In this document: piece after piece, positions 40,670 through 52,589 of the stretch
Position numbering within the stretch: the first letter of the stretch is position 1
How the letters are laid out: each line of letters starts with the position of its first letter
Source of the DNA: Cyanidioschyzon merolae
Taxonomy: Eukaryota
Reading direction: 5' to 3' (one strand)
Length of the DNA stretch: 64,000 nt
Assembly: GCA_000091205.1 (NCBI GenBank)
Contig: AP006496.2
Notes under the pieces: model-generated
What the model saw: only the letters and a program-made list of their open reading frames with translations
Database searches by the model: none
Told to the model about the DNA's origin: nothing
Made by a program: the position numbers and the translations under genes

Positions 40670-41950
40670 GGAACAGGTACACTATCTCGGCTGCGCACTC
40701 TCAAGCCTGGACATGTCGTCAAGGTCATCAATATTAGCCGTCGTGGGCTTTTTCAGCAACAGCTTCCTCTTACCCTCCATAAACTCCGGCATTCAATTCG
40801 CTGGCCTCTTGCGTCCTTCCCGTTTCGTTGTTTGCTGTCGATTGATGCTGATGCCAGCCATACTGTGCCGATATCGCTGCTTCCGTCTGGTGTCAACGTA
40901 TTTCGTGCACAGACGCAAGTTGCGATCCAAATTCGTTTGTCTGTTGCACCCACTATGTCTAGTGCACCGGTGCACCCTGCGCAGCGATGTCCATTGACTG
41001 CAGTCAGATACGCAGATATGTCCACAGCGCCTACTTCTCCAAGTGCCACGCTGGGGCGCGTGAACGCTCGCTTCGTCCATTGGTGCTCGTCGGCGACGTG
41101 TAGAGAGGGCCTAACTGTTTGCGCTTATCTGTTTTCATGCCCAATACCGTACCCTGCGCTCACGGGCCTCTTCGGGGTGTTACCCAAAGCGAACTTGGTG
41201 CACGTCGCACACGCAAGCGATCGCTCTTCCATTCTTTTGAGGATTTGTGGAAATCGATTTTGTTCATAGTAGAGAGAGTTTCGGAAGGAAATGCACGCTG
41301 ATCAACAAGATATGAAATTTTGATCCGTCTTCACTTCCTTCGTGCAGAGCGCCGATGCATGATCCACGGGAAGCGATCCCAGCGATGACTAGAGTCCCAG
41401 GCCAAGACCTTTTTCCACGCAAAAAGAAGAAACGGGAGCCACTGGGAAGTTTCCTCCTGAGAGGGATCATATTGGTGCTGTCGAATCCGGCCTCGTCGAT
41501 AGACATGAGCGGAGGCGAATTTGCCTTTGTAACGAAATCGAGTATTGCACTCGAGCAGTTCAGTGAACATTCAGCAGGAGCGCGTGAACAGAACATCAAC
41601 GGACAATGTCGAGCTTTTCCCTTTCGTATTGCTGGCCCCACACCTTGCCTCGAAACGGAAAGATCAGAACCATGAAGAATATGTGATTTGAGAATGCAAA
41701 CTGTAGGAAAACGAGAAGACTCGAAACCTATAGATATGCACTGGATTCAAAAGTCGGTCAGCGGGGGAACCCATGTTCGAGGGCGTCGCGAATCATCTCG
41801 ATTCCGGTGCCATATCGAAATCCAGCGGCAAAATCCTTGGAGGAGCCATTCCGAATAACCAAAATCCACGAAAATCCTCGAACTCCATAGGAATTCGTAA
41901 CCTCTTTTCGCCGCTCTTTTCCATCTAGAGGCTATGCATCGAAAAATCCT
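40670..41950 (-). mobile_element. Family-2 compact TnpB-like element, decayed copy B, inverted orientation, about 1.28 kb
   Basis: The reverse complement is collinear with copy A: ...gtcatcgctgggatcgcttcccgtggatcatgcatcggcgctctgcacgaagg versus A gtcatcggggcgatcgcttctggcggagaatgcgtcagcgctttgcgtgaagg; tactatgaacaaaatcgatttccacaaatcctcaaaagaatggaagagcg versus A catcatgaacaacatcgcgttccgacaatcctccatggaatggaacagcg. The 3-prime tail aatattgatgaccttgacgacatg matches E gatgttgatgactgctcgaagag. A small insertion lies near the 5-prime end (about 41900). Confidence 0.5.
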
Positions 41951-42199
41951 TCGAAACGAAATCACAAGGCGGAAACAGCGCGAGCACTACGGTATTCCCT
42001 TTTCGTTCGACGCGCCCTTAGGGAAATACCCTACCGAGCGCGCAGCGCTGCGCTGCGCACGAGCACCAACGCACCAGAAAGCCTAGAGACGCACGGCGCG
42101 TCAAAGCGCCGTATACGATGCTATGCGCATCGCTGCACCACTCGTGGCGCTTTTCTGGTCTGGAGCCGAGGCACGAGGTGCACACTTCCGACCTCGAAG

Positions 42200-43096
42200 A
42201 TGACTCTGCTTGGATTCACGTATAATTTGTTGAGTGATGTTGCACTCTATAAAGGGCGCGCTTTGGCATCCACGTCCAGAGGGTGCAAAGCACGCAGTTC
42301 ACGTAGCCGCCGCTGGGCGCAGCTGCGTCGACGTTCGTCGCGGAGCACTGGAGCGCTTTTCCTACGTGCCGTTGAGGACGAGTCTGCGGAATCCGAGCTG
42401 CCGCCTGTCAAAGAGCCATATCCTGGATACTTTCGGGACCTGGAGCGCATGGGCGTGTCACGTGAGCAGGCAGTTGCACAGCTGCGTGAGAAGCTTGAGA
42501 GCAAACGGCCACCCAAGGACAAGAAAATTGGCGGCAAGGCGTCGCTGTATCGGCCAGACGGAACGCCCTACGCACCCTGGATGATTGGATTAGTGGAGGA
42601 GGAACCCTCAAAGGAGAAGGGTCTCGCTTCACGCACAGATGCACGAGGGCGACTCGCTGGTGACCCTCAAGCACAGGAAATTGCGGGTATCGGCTTGCGC
42701 GCCAGGATTGTGGACGACCGGGACGTCGAGCTACTGTGGCGCACCGAGGGTGAGACCAATAACGCGGGATTTCAGGTTTCACGGCGGCGTGGCAAGTCCA
42801 CGGACTGGGAAGTGATCGCAGACTACAAAAGCGCCCCCGACACGCTGCGAAGCAAGGGCGCACAAGGTGGAGCCTATCGCTTCATCGATACACCGCCAGA
42901 GGCTACGGGAACCTGGGTTTATCGCGTAAGCGACATTGATAATAGTGGCGAGGTGAGTGACCTATCGCAGATTCTAGTAGAATTCGAATCAGAAGCGGAG
43001 CGCAAACGACAGCTGTTGGTGTTAGCGGCACTCATCGGGACGCTTTTGCTCATAGGCACAGTGACCTCGATGCTGGATCCGCTTAGCGGCCCGTGA
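42200..43096 (+). CDS. Hypothetical protein with R/S-rich presequence-like N-terminus and C-terminal transmembrane helix
   Basis: 298-aa ORF from true ATG at 42200. N-terminal MTLLGFTYNLLSDVALYKGRALASTSRGCKARSSRSRRW... resembles an organellar targeting peptide. C-terminal LLVLAALIGTLLLIGTV is a hydrophobic anchor. No family recognised. Confidence 0.35.
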   Translation: MTLLGFTYNLLSDVALYKGRALASTSRGCKARSSRSRRWAQLRRRSSRSTGALFLRAVEDESAESELPPVKEPYPGYFRDLERMGVSREQAVAQLREKLESKRPPKDKKIGGKASLYRPDGTPYAPWMIGLVEEEPSKEKGLASRTDARGRLAGDPQAQEIAGIGLRARIVDDRDVELLWRTEGETNNAGFQVSRRRGKSTDWEVIADYKSAPDTLRSKGAQGGAYRFIDTPPEATGTWVYRVSDIDNSGEVSDLSQILVEFESEAERKRQLLVLAALIGTLLLIGTVTSMLDPLSGP

Positions 43097-44348
43097 AGGC
43101 GCAGCAGCAGCAGCAGCAGCAGCAACCCGCCTTGCGCATTTGGCGACGATTCACGAAACGAGATGATTGGGGCCGACGGCCTCTGCGTTCACGAAAAGGC
43201 AGCGGAAAGGCTTTGCAAGGTCATGCAAAAGCACAAACCAACCCGGCATCGGTCGGAATCTCTTGGACCGAGACACTGCCAAAAGATGATAGCATACGTG
43301 CGTCCCACAGGTTGCGTTCCGTGCGCAAAATGGGCGTCACAGCGGCGTGACGTGTCTAGGATACCGCAGCGCTGTAAACCAGATCAACGCTGAGTCAATA
43401 GATGCGAGCGCGGCTCTCACGAGTGGACATGTCTCGGCGCTCGCTCGAGACAGACACCATGATACGACAAATTGCGCAGGGACAGGAAAGCGATGCGCTC
43501 GTGCTCGTTGTGTTTCGAGCACTGGCTTTGAATCAACATAGTGGAAGGAAGCTCGAACGAGAGGTTTCGTGCTAACACATTCGGGTCCGAATGGAAACAC
43601 ACAGCGCTTCATCCGTGCGCCGGCGCCTCCACAGGTACAAACTTGCATCAACAACCTTTTCGAGTCTCGCCTCTGCAAGGCGCGATGCATCGATGAGCGT
43701 TTCGTATGGATCATGCGCACCGTTACCCAGTTTCGCGCCTCTTTTTCGCTGTCGAGTCCGGCTCAGATAGCGTTTTGATGAGACAATCAAGTGCTTCCCG
43801 TGAACATTCCCAAGGCAACGGATATAATGTAACAGCACTTGAAGACCACGGGTTTCATCTGGCGGGACGACGCGTTGCTGAGGCGCGTTCGTGTCGACTG
43901 GGACCATGGGCAGCGTTCCCAAGGCGCCGGCGAAAGGTCCCGGTATTGCATTGGTGCAAGCCTTGCCGCCCGCAGAGGGGTCAGAACGGACGAGACTTGT
44001 TCACAAAACGTTTCAGTCATCGCCGGGACAACCACTGCGATATGATAACTCTTGGTTGCCGTCGGAATCTCGGGCCGCACGCAATTAAGCTACAACAGCA
44101 GGAACGCAAACTGCCACGTGCGTCGCTGATGGCAATCTGGGACTTGCGCATTTTTCGCAAGCCGTGCCCTTGCGTACCGTCTGCATGTACTGCAGGCATG
44201 CAGGTTTCGCGGTCTTCGCCGCACCACCACCAGCAATACACAGTCATCATGTGCCGGGTCGGAGACGCAAACAAGGTCACGTTATGACGCAAGCAGCGCT
44301 CTGGAGCTTCCTGCTGCGATCCGCAGCGGGAACAAGACCAGACCCATC

Positions 44349-46409
44349 CTAGGCGTGGTAAATATCAGATCTAGCTGGCCCGCTCTCGCCATCATCGTCT
44401 CTGTCACTTTCGGTGTCCGACTCAGGATCGGCTGGGGAGTCTCGCTGACGTATTCCGCTACCGGCCCCGTCGAGAAAACTTGGCTCTAGAGTCGCAGACT
44501 CCGTTGCCTGCTCGAATGGATCGCTCTCGACGAGCTCAACCAGTGGACGTTGGTCCGGTGGCGGGGGCGGCGCGCGAATACGTTTGGTCAACGCTCGTGC
44601 CTCCTCTTCGGAAACCTGAAGCCATTCCCAGCGCGGTTTGAAAAGCGAGTCTATCGGGCGGCCCGCCTGCTCATAAGCTCTCTTCTCGGCGTCTAGAAGA
44701 CGATTCACGTAGGAGTTGGGTTGCAGCGCGTCCAGAGCACGTAGAAGCTCATCGTCATCATCGAGAATGATCGGATCAGACGCCAGTCGACAGAGGGCAG
44801 ACCGATTGCTTGGCCGTTCAACAAGCCCCTCTCCGAACGGGCTGTATTCTTTCTCGGGGCTATCGTCATCAATGAGCCGCAATCGCACGAGCAGTGCCCG
44901 AATCGGCGAGAAGCGTTGCCTTGCGCCCGGCGGCGAGCACTCTGCCAGGACCCTGTTCAGCGGATCCATCGAAAGCAGATCGTCTGGATCGTCGATTTTG
45001 GGGTGGTCCAGATCCGGCATTTTGGGAACCACAAAATTCAAGTAATAGAGGGCGTAGCAGAGATAAGCGACAATGGTACATGCCGCTACCACCAAGACGA
45101 TCTGGTGAAGCCCCTGTTCCAGCCATGCACCCAACCACAATGGGCGATGCCTTGCCAGCAGTGTGAGGCCCCAGCAACACGGATACTGCATGGCTACGAG
45201 TCCTGTACGAGGGCGCACAAGAGCACTGCAACGCAAGAGTATTGCCCACAGACATGATGCCGTGACGAGCCAGCGCCAGAGACAGAACGCGTGCACTAGT
45301 CGATTCTGGCGACCGCTGGCCATGATGCGTACCTCCTGATTCAGGTCTGGCCATTGCCACAGCGCCGGAATGGCCGCTGCCCGCGCCGAAATACCCACAA
45401 GCAGCCAAAAGATACCGATTTCGGTTAAGCCTCCTTGTATCCACGATGAGGTGAGAATGACGGGGTCGTGCACGAATGTGCATGCATTACCGATTGCGGC
45501 TGCTGAACCGAGCAGTGGCCAGACCATGAAAGCATACATCAAGAGGAGTCGCCGCACTGCATCGCTTGCGCGGTATCCTGGTAGACGCCGCGGATCAAAG
45601 CGCCGCGCCACTGGGGCGCTCAGAAAATCCCACGCGAGCAACACGACCGGTATCGCTACCATGATACACCCCGTCACCAGAAATGCGTCCAGTGTGGCAC
45701 CAATCGTCAGGGCTATAGCGTATCCGCCGGGTGTGCGGCTCGCAGCCCGCAGCAGGCTTCCCGCATGCCCTGTCACGGCGAGTAGCATTAGCACGAAGCC
45801 GAGCCGCCGTTTGAACCGGCGGACGCGTTTTCGATACAGACGGCGTTCGTCCATGTATGCAACCGCCTCGTCTCTGTCCCGAAAGCCGAGCCAGTTCAAA
45901 AAGAGGTTGTAGTCGAATTTTCTTTCCGCGGGTGCTGCTGATGGGTCTCTCGCGCCCAGCGTATCACTGAGATCCACGTCTTCCGGAATCGGCATACCAG
46001 GGAATATGCAGTGTTCCCGTAAACGATCTCGAAGCGACTGTCCTCGACGCCAGACGCGAGGCTCAATGTCCAAGAAATGTCGAACAAGCTCCGGCAGGAG
46101 CGGAGGGCCCGCAGTATCCAAGCCGAGTTCCTCTGCTTGCTCGAGCAGTGCGCTAAGCTTGGTTTGAGGTGGCAGCTTTTGATCACTGCCGGATTCGGGC
46201 CCAGATGAAGCGCAGGAACATAGTGCGTTTCTGTATGTGTGCCGCTGGCCGTTAGCGAGCCGCAGCTTCGCCAACCCGGGACCTGTTCGGTTCTTCGTGC
46301 GGCACGGCGACGCGGTTGCCGAACAAGCTAGCTGTGCGTGGCGTGACGGCAACGCCCTGGTAGCTCCAAAGCCGCTCGCTGGGCGTGCTACCCAGTTCGT
46401 CTGCCACAT
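44349..46409 (-). CDS. Hypothetical multi-pass membrane protein (686 aa) with acidic C-terminal tail
   Basis: True ATG (plus 46407-46409 = cat). At least six hydrophobic helices, for example FVLMLLAVTGHAGSLL, AIALTIGATLDAFLVTGCIMVAIPVVLLAW, LLLMYAFMVWPLLGSAAAIG, IGIFWLLVGISARAAAIPALW and IVLVVAACTIVAYLCYALYYL. D/E/S-rich C-terminus. No family assignment made. Confidence 0.45.
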   Translation of the reverse strand: MWQTNWVARPASGFGATRALPSRHAQLACSATASPCRTKNRTGPGLAKLRLANGQRHTYRNALCSCASSGPESGSDQKLPPQTKLSALLEQAEELGLDTAGPPLLPELVRHFLDIEPRVWRRGQSLRDRLREHCIFPGMPIPEDVDLSDTLGARDPSAAPAERKFDYNLFLNWLGFRDRDEAVAYMDERRLYRKRVRRFKRRLGFVLMLLAVTGHAGSLLRAASRTPGGYAIALTIGATLDAFLVTGCIMVAIPVVLLAWDFLSAPVARRFDPRRLPGYRASDAVRRLLLMYAFMVWPLLGSAAAIGNACTFVHDPVILTSSWIQGGLTEIGIFWLLVGISARAAAIPALWQWPDLNQEVRIMASGRQNRLVHAFCLWRWLVTASCLWAILLRCSALVRPRTGLVAMQYPCCWGLTLLARHRPLWLGAWLEQGLHQIVLVVAACTIVAYLCYALYYLNFVVPKMPDLDHPKIDDPDDLLSMDPLNRVLAECSPPGARQRFSPIRALLVRLRLIDDDSPEKEYSPFGEGLVERPSNRSALCRLASDPIILDDDDELLRALDALQPNSYVNRLLDAEKRAYEQAGRPIDSLFKPRWEWLQVSEEEARALTKRIRAPPPPPDQRPLVELVESDPFEQATESATLEPSFLDGAGSGIRQRDSPADPESDTESDRDDDGESGPARSDIYHA

Positions 46410-46569
46410 AAACCAACACTAGCAACCGCAGCGACAAACGCTTCCCCTAAAAGATGCTCTCGTTTTGGGAAACGCTCAGTGCTTGCCCGTGCGCAGGGCA
46501 AGCATTTATCTCGCGAACAGAGAAAGGAATAGCAAGCTGTCCCAGCACGCGCAGAGCAAGAGACTTGAG

Positions 46570-47215
46570 AGCACTGCGATGCAGCACTCTGGAAGATTCC
46601 ATGCGACATGTACTCGTGCACGCATCCGCGGGTGCACGCATTCTAGGACACGTGTATGTATGTGCATAGGCCTGCATGCACTTGATCCGTGCATCAAGAG
46701 CACTGCGATGCAGCACTCTGGAAGATTCCATGCGACATGTACTCGTGCACGCATCCGCAGGTGCACGCATTCTAGGACACGTGTATGTATGTGCATAGGC
46801 CTGCATGCACTTGATCCGTGCATCAAGAGCACTGCGATGCAGCACTCTGGAAGATTCCATGCGACATGTACTCGTGCACGCATCCGCGGGTGCACGCATT
46901 CTAGGACACGTGTATGTATGTGCATAGGCCTGCATGCACTTGATCCGTGCATCAAGAGCACTGCGATGCAGCACTCTGGAAGATTCCATGCGACATGTAC
47001 TCGTGCACGCATCCGCGGGTGCACGCATTCTAGGACACGTGTATGTATGTGCATAGGCCTGCATGCACTTGATCCGTGCATCAAGAGCACTGCGATGCAG
47101 CACTCTGGAAGATTCCATGCGACATGTACTCGTGCACGCATCCGCAGGTGCACGCATTCTAGGACACGTGTATGTATGTGCATAGGCCTGCATGCACTTG
47201 ATCCGTGCATCAAGA
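46570..47215. repeat. Minisatellite: 129-bp unit x5 tandem array
   Basis: The unit agcactgcgatgcagcactctggaagattccatgcgacatgtactcgtgcacgcatccgc(g/a)ggtgcacgcattctaggacacgtgtatgtatgtgcataggcctgcatgcacttgatccgtgcatcaag restarts at 46570, 46699, 46828, 46957 and 47086. Because 129 = 43 codons, the long repetitive ORFs on both strands here (46447-47430, 46465-47391, 46506-47213) are artefacts. Confidence 0.9.
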
Positions 47216-47765
47216 GCGTCCTCTATCGACCGCTCGCCTTCATGTACCGATGCTTTCTCTTGCGTACATCCTCGGGATCGCATCAACGCCACAATGGCAA
47301 CCGTACCAACAGATTGCCGTCCAACGTCATCTGCGGATTGACACACCAGAAACAATGCGGTTTGGAGTTGGTTGACACACTTCAACGATAACGGTTCTGA
47401 GACTTTGGCGTAATGCCCATTGTGCGGCAAGTTTAGCAGCCTGGACTTGTCTCAATATCGAATAGGTCTCGGTGAGGCGGCGTCAAACACGAAATACAAA
47501 CGGACGCGGCTTCGTGACGGTGCGCACGGGGAGTTGGCCTTCTGCTTCCGTCGGTCGGACACGAGGCTGAGCCTCGGGAGTCTCAGTTAGACTCTGCACG
47601 CTACACGAGCTAGCAGAAACACTGGACCAATTTTTAGCGTGCTATCGGACGCTTACTGAACAAGTGCACGTTGCGGACGAGTGAGACGCTGGGCTTGTCG
47701 TCGGCCGCGGGCGGAGGCCATACTCTTTGGTTCAGAGTCGACTGGGAAAGGCCCTGCCAACGTGA

Positions 47766-49601
47766 ATGCATGCACGGGCTAAGGGCCCGGTTGCGCCGCA
47801 AGTTTACCGACTCGCGTTCAGCACAGCTGCTGCTCCCTGGCGAGCACGGTCACAGCAGCAGGCGTGCGGAGTGCAGACGCGCAGCGCACCGCCTGAAGCA
47901 GCGCAAGAGACCTTGTCTCTGGACACCTTCACACCGGGAAACCTGCACATCTCAAAGCCTGCTCCTTGCATTCGACGCATGCGTTGGCCTGCGTGGCGCC
48001 ATGGGCGGTTTCGGCTATTGATGAAGCGTGAGCGACCTGTTCTCGCTTCCCGTCGTTCTGTGCGGTTTGTGGCTGCAAGCCGCAGAAAGCTGGCCAAACT
48101 CCGAACTCTCCTTCTCGAGCGACTGCTTCAAGGTTATGAACCAACGCCTGAGCTCGCGTCTATCTTGCTCGTGTATCTAGTACAAGGCGTCCTTGGTTTG
48201 GCTCGACTAGCCACCGTATTTTACTTCAAGGATGAGCTGAAGCTGTCACCTTCACAACTCGCAATGCTGAGTGGTGTCCAGACGTTGCCGTGGACCATCA
48301 AACCCCTCTATGGTTTTCTCTCTGATGCGGTGCCGCTCTTCGGCTATCATCGACGATCCTATCTTAGCCTCGCAGGGGCGTTAGGAGCCGCGTCCTGGTT
48401 GGGCCTTGCAACCTGGGCCCATACGCCGGCTCAGGCGCTGCTCTGCTCTACACTAGCATCGCTCGCCGTAGCCATCAGTGATGTTGTTGCCGACGGTCTC
48501 GTTGTTGAGCGGGTCCGCGAGAACTCACAGGAACGTGCCGGTTCACTGCAGAGTCTCTGCTGGGGCATATCGGCGTTCGGAGGTCTCGTGACCTCGTATT
48601 TCTCGGGATCATTACTGGAACGCTTCACGCCTCGTCAGATTTTTCTTATGACGGCAACGTTTCCCCTCATGATTAGCACCGTGTCCTTCTTCATCGATGA
48701 GCGACCGTCTTATAGCGAGCAAGCGCTCGTCCAAGAGCGGTCGACCGGCAGCGCTGCGAGTCAAGATGGAAGCCGCGTCCACCAGGCGACAAAATGGTCC
48801 CGGTATAGTGAGCAGGTCGCGCGAGACGCCAGGGAACTGCTGAGCAAGCTTTGGAATGCTATTCGACAGCCATCCATCCTCTATCCAACGGCGTTTGTCT
48901 TCCTGTGGCAAGCAACCCCTTCCGCAGAGACCGCGTTCTTTTACTACATGACAAATGAGCTTCACTTTGGACCAGAATTCCTCGGCCGCATTCGCATCAT
49001 CTCAAGTGCGGCAATGCTCGTCGGCGTTTTCGTTTATAATCGTTTCCTGCAACGCGTGCCGATCAAATCGATGCTTCGTTGGAGCACCATCCTCAGCGTA
49101 CCGCTGGGTCTCTCGCAGCTCATTCTCGTAACAGGTCTGAACACCCGATGGGGAATCCCGAATTCCTGGTTCGTGCTTGGGGATGCTGCGGTACTGACCG
49201 CTTTGGGTCAGGTCGCCTTCATGCCTACTTTGGTGCTGGCGGCTCGATTGTGTCCCCCAGGTGCAGAATCTGTCGTCTTCGCGACGCTCATGTCCCTGTA
49301 CAACGCGAGCGGGGTCTTGGGCACCGAAATGGGCGCGCTGCTGACGCAGGTGCTCGGGGTGACAGAGCAAAACTTTACGAACCTTTGGGCGCTCATCACG
49401 ATCTGTAATCTATCGTCTTTGCTACCGCTGCTGTTTATCGATTTCCTTGATCGTGCACCCATCGATCGGAACGCTGCAATGTCTTCCACAGATACGGCCG
49501 CTGCAGCGTCCGAAGAGTTTACCGATCTGGATGGCCTCGAGCGGGGCCACTCTTCGGTAACCGAGTCGACAAAGAATGCGAACGCTCGTTCTCGGCGATG
49601 A
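47766..49601 (+). CDS. Folate-biopterin transporter (BT1/FBT family, MFS)
   Basis: Conserved FBT N-terminal block PELASILLVYLVQGVLGLARLATVFYFKDELKLSPSQLAMLSGVQTLPWTIKPLYGFLSDAVPLFGYHRRSYL and 12 predicted transmembrane segments. About 100 aa of basic/Ala-rich presequence-like N-terminus. Alternative ATGs at 47979 and 48021. Confidence 0.75.
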   Translation: MHARAKGPVAPQVYRLAFSTAAAPWRARSQQQACGVQTRSAPPEAAQETLSLDTFTPGNLHISKPAPCIRRMRWPAWRHGRFRLLMKRERPVLASRRSVRFVAASRRKLAKLRTLLLERLLQGYEPTPELASILLVYLVQGVLGLARLATVFYFKDELKLSPSQLAMLSGVQTLPWTIKPLYGFLSDAVPLFGYHRRSYLSLAGALGAASWLGLATWAHTPAQALLCSTLASLAVAISDVVADGLVVERVRENSQERAGSLQSLCWGISAFGGLVTSYFSGSLLERFTPRQIFLMTATFPLMISTVSFFIDERPSYSEQALVQERSTGSAASQDGSRVHQATKWSRYSEQVARDARELLSKLWNAIRQPSILYPTAFVFLWQATPSAETAFFYYMTNELHFGPEFLGRIRIISSAAMLVGVFVYNRFLQRVPIKSMLRWSTILSVPLGLSQLILVTGLNTRWGIPNSWFVLGDAAVLTALGQVAFMPTLVLAARLCPPGAESVVFATLMSLYNASGVLGTEMGALLTQVLGVTEQNFTNLWALITICNLSSLLPLLFIDFLDRAPIDRNAAMSSTDTAAAASEEFTDLDGLERGHSSVTESTKNANARSRR

Positions 49602-50877
49602 AGGTCGCTCTGTATTGCTAAAATAGCCGTCCGGAGATTGTGAACCCAATGCGCTTGCACGGGAATTCAGGCCGTGTACTGGAGGACAGTGCGTGGCATC
49701 GCTTGCAAGAGTACATTGCCTCGGCTAGGGCGTCGCTAGCGCCTTGCTGGTGCATGGTACGCACGATCGGTGCAAGTGACGTACATCGGCCGACAGCAAC
49801 GTAGCCCTGAAAGTGCAGTAGTTCGCGCGTCCTGCATATAGAGCGCTAGTCGGGAACCTCTCCTGTTATCGTATCTGGGTAGCGGATCGCTCCATACGCG
49901 TGTTCGTGGAAAGCACCTCTTCGAGATTCAGCGCTTCTTTCTGACAAAGGAGATGAGTCCGTTGCTTGCAATGGATGCCCAATGCTCTATGCGAAAAATT
50001 TGCAGGGATTTGCGTATGCGCGCGCTGGCGACCCATGTCCAGCACACTCCTATGCAAGACGACTTGCGTTCGTGTTTCAGACTAGTCCTGTATCAGGTAC
50101 AAAGGAGCAGCAGCGACAGCACTGCAACGTACTTGCCTCAGCGAACGGTTGTGGTCAGCGCAGAGCCTCAGTAACGACGCAACGAGTAACGATGACGCTA
50201 GTTTCTCGCGGTGGTGATTCGTTTGCTTCAGTACGGGCATACCGTAGCGAGCGGTTCAGTCGTAGTATCTGGTGATCTTCTCGCCAAGGCCCGAACAACT
50301 TCAGTCAAAGCACGTTGACTGTAATCTCTCTGAGCAGCTGCGCTTGCGGCATTCCTCGCGTCCATGGTAGTCTCTCAGTGCGTGCAACGCTTCTGGATTG
50401 CCTGCAACCGATATAACGTAGACGCTCGCGTCCTATCACCCGCCATGACCCAGACGTCTTCATACAAACGGAATCCTATCCTCATCATTGCGCTGCTTGT
50501 GCGGTTCCCGAACGCGGGGTCGTGTATTTTCCAAGTGCTGTTTCCGATGCCACGCTTTGCATGAGCTTGAGTGCCGACGCATTACTGTGTTGCTTCTTCC
50601 TGTCCCGTTAAGCATCGCTCGGGTGAATGCGAGCAGGTGGCTTTTGACCGACGCGTGTGCATATATGCGACGTTTCATGGTATAACGCGGGTCCGTCAGG
50701 TGCGCTGCCTATGCGTCAGCGCGCGTGACAAGTCAGCGCGTACCCGATAGACGATCCAGCTTCACCTGTGCGACATAAAAATGGAACACTGAACTGCTCG
50801 CTCTGTTCAAGCACCTTGATCATTTTTCCGAACTTGCTAAGATATGCGTACGCGGGATGCAAAGCCCAGCAATAGGG

Positions 50878-52150
50878 GCTTAGGAATGCATACGTAGTTT
50901 CCGGATTCTCGATCAGGGTTTCAAAGTTGAGTCTTCGACGCTTTGCCTTTGGCATTCGATGCGTCATCAGAATGATGATGATTCTCGAAGCACGTGAACA
51001 GGGCTTTGTAAAGTAATCGACATTATTGTCCACTGCATACGTACAAGTATTCAATCTTCTCATGCCCTGATGTGGAACATGCGCAAATCACGATTGCTTC
51101 GAGTTTTCGATTTTTCTGGTTCGAGGCAAGTCGTGGGCGCAGCCATGCGTATCGTTGCATTGACGACGAAAGAAGAAACGTGATGTTGTCCCGTAATGAC
51201 TTGTTCATACGCTCATGTCGAAATTTCATGAAACATGTCACTTCATTCGATGATAGACTTTGTTAGAAATACGAATACTCTAGTCTCTGTGGTCATCGAC
51301 GAAACTGCATTCGATACCTGCACAATACTTCTCATGGGATATGCTCCCAGAGGCTCCTATGTCTTCAGAGTGCGCCGAAAATCCGCTTGGGATCGGACTT
51401 ATCCTAGTGACCGCTTCCAGTCGAGAGGGCGTCACCGGTTTGCACGAAGAAAGCCCAGACGGTTCGCCAACCCTCGACTTGATCTCTAGCCCGGATTTTC
51501 ATTCTGGTACATGTTTCACTGTCGATAAAATCTGGTTCCGTCAATGCCTTATGGAATGGGAAAGCACGGGCTCGCGCGTGCGACGGACAGGGTACTCCTC
51601 CGGGGGATCACGCAGACGACGACTATATTCGCAGTACATTGCATCGGGTGCTTCGAGCGAGCAGGGCAAAGATGGAAGACGTCTGTGCCCGTCGAGTGCA
51701 GGTACCGAGCCGTGAAGCAAGTATTGGCGTACCATAGGCCGGACCTTGCAGGAGTCATTGTGATGAACATACGTGAAAACCTGACAACAATCAAGTGTCA
51801 CCTGAACAAGAGGCACACCGAGCTGTTTACAACGACAATGAGCATCGCAAGTGAGGTGTAGATCGAAACGGCCCCCGCAATGCATAGAGTGATTTGATAA
51901 CAGATAGAATCAGGGGAATCGGGTCTTCAATGCCGTCATCGACATCCTTTGACTGCTGGCAACGGAGCTGGAGGCAAATGCAGAGACCGATGTATTCAAG
52001 GCGGAAGCGAAGCGCGACGAGAAGGAAGCATTCACGGAACCAGCCCACTTACGTTGGTATCGATGATACTGGGAGGAGGTCAGAGCTTTGGGGTGAACGC
52101 CCGAGTCAGACGACCCTTTCCATGTTACCCTACCATGGACTCAGGAAAAC
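50878..52150 (+). mobile_element. Family-2 compact TnpB-like element, decayed copy C, about 1.25 kb
   Basis: 5-prime terminus cttaggaatgcatacgtagtttccggattctcg (compare copy A). Remnants in several frames: SCIDDERRNV / RNTNTLVSVVIDETAF (N-terminal region, versus A SCIDDRCSS / KTNSPVFLNTHETAF), PVECRYRAVKQVLAYH, ENLTTIKCHLNKRHTE (zinc-finger remnant) and NRVFNAVIDIL-stop (RuvC-III-like, at about 51917-51950). Confidence 0.5.
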
Positions 52151-52589
52151 CTTCCAGTGACACGAATTCGAGGCAGGATCCCATTTCACGGATACTGTGT
52201 TCGCGAAGCAACGACGTACCGATTCGGGTCACATTCGAGTTTCTGCAAAGCCGAGAAAACGGCACCGATTGTATATAGGGTAACTAGAGATGCCATTGGT
52301 AGGTGCAGGCGTGCTCCAGAATCCAGGACACCAACGCTGGAGATAGATCACCATCTGGGCCTCCGATAAACCCGGCCGTAGGCCACAAAATTTTACCTTC
52401 CTCCAATTGTTCGCAATTCAGCTGCGTCTCGAAAGCGAGCACACATTGCATACAAACCTGCAATACTTGAACGGCGATATTGTATTCGCATCGCGAAGCG
52501 CGCGAGCACCAAGTCACTCGTTTCTGGCTGCGTACGTGTTTGTGTGCAGGTCTTCGGGGCACCAACCGAGCACGTACAAGCATTATACC

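Noticed and set aside
46570-47215. Could the 129-bp or 123-bp tandem arrays be CRISPR arrays?
   Set aside because: The units are contiguous with no unique spacers, are far longer than CRISPR repeats, and the locus is plainly eukaryotic nuclear DNA.
46447-47430. Long ORFs of 235-327 aa on both strands (46447-47430 -, 46465-47391 +, 46506-47213 -).
   Set aside because: They are read through a 129-bp (43-codon) tandem repeat. Identical peptide repeats appear in every frame, which is the signature of a minisatellite, not a gene.
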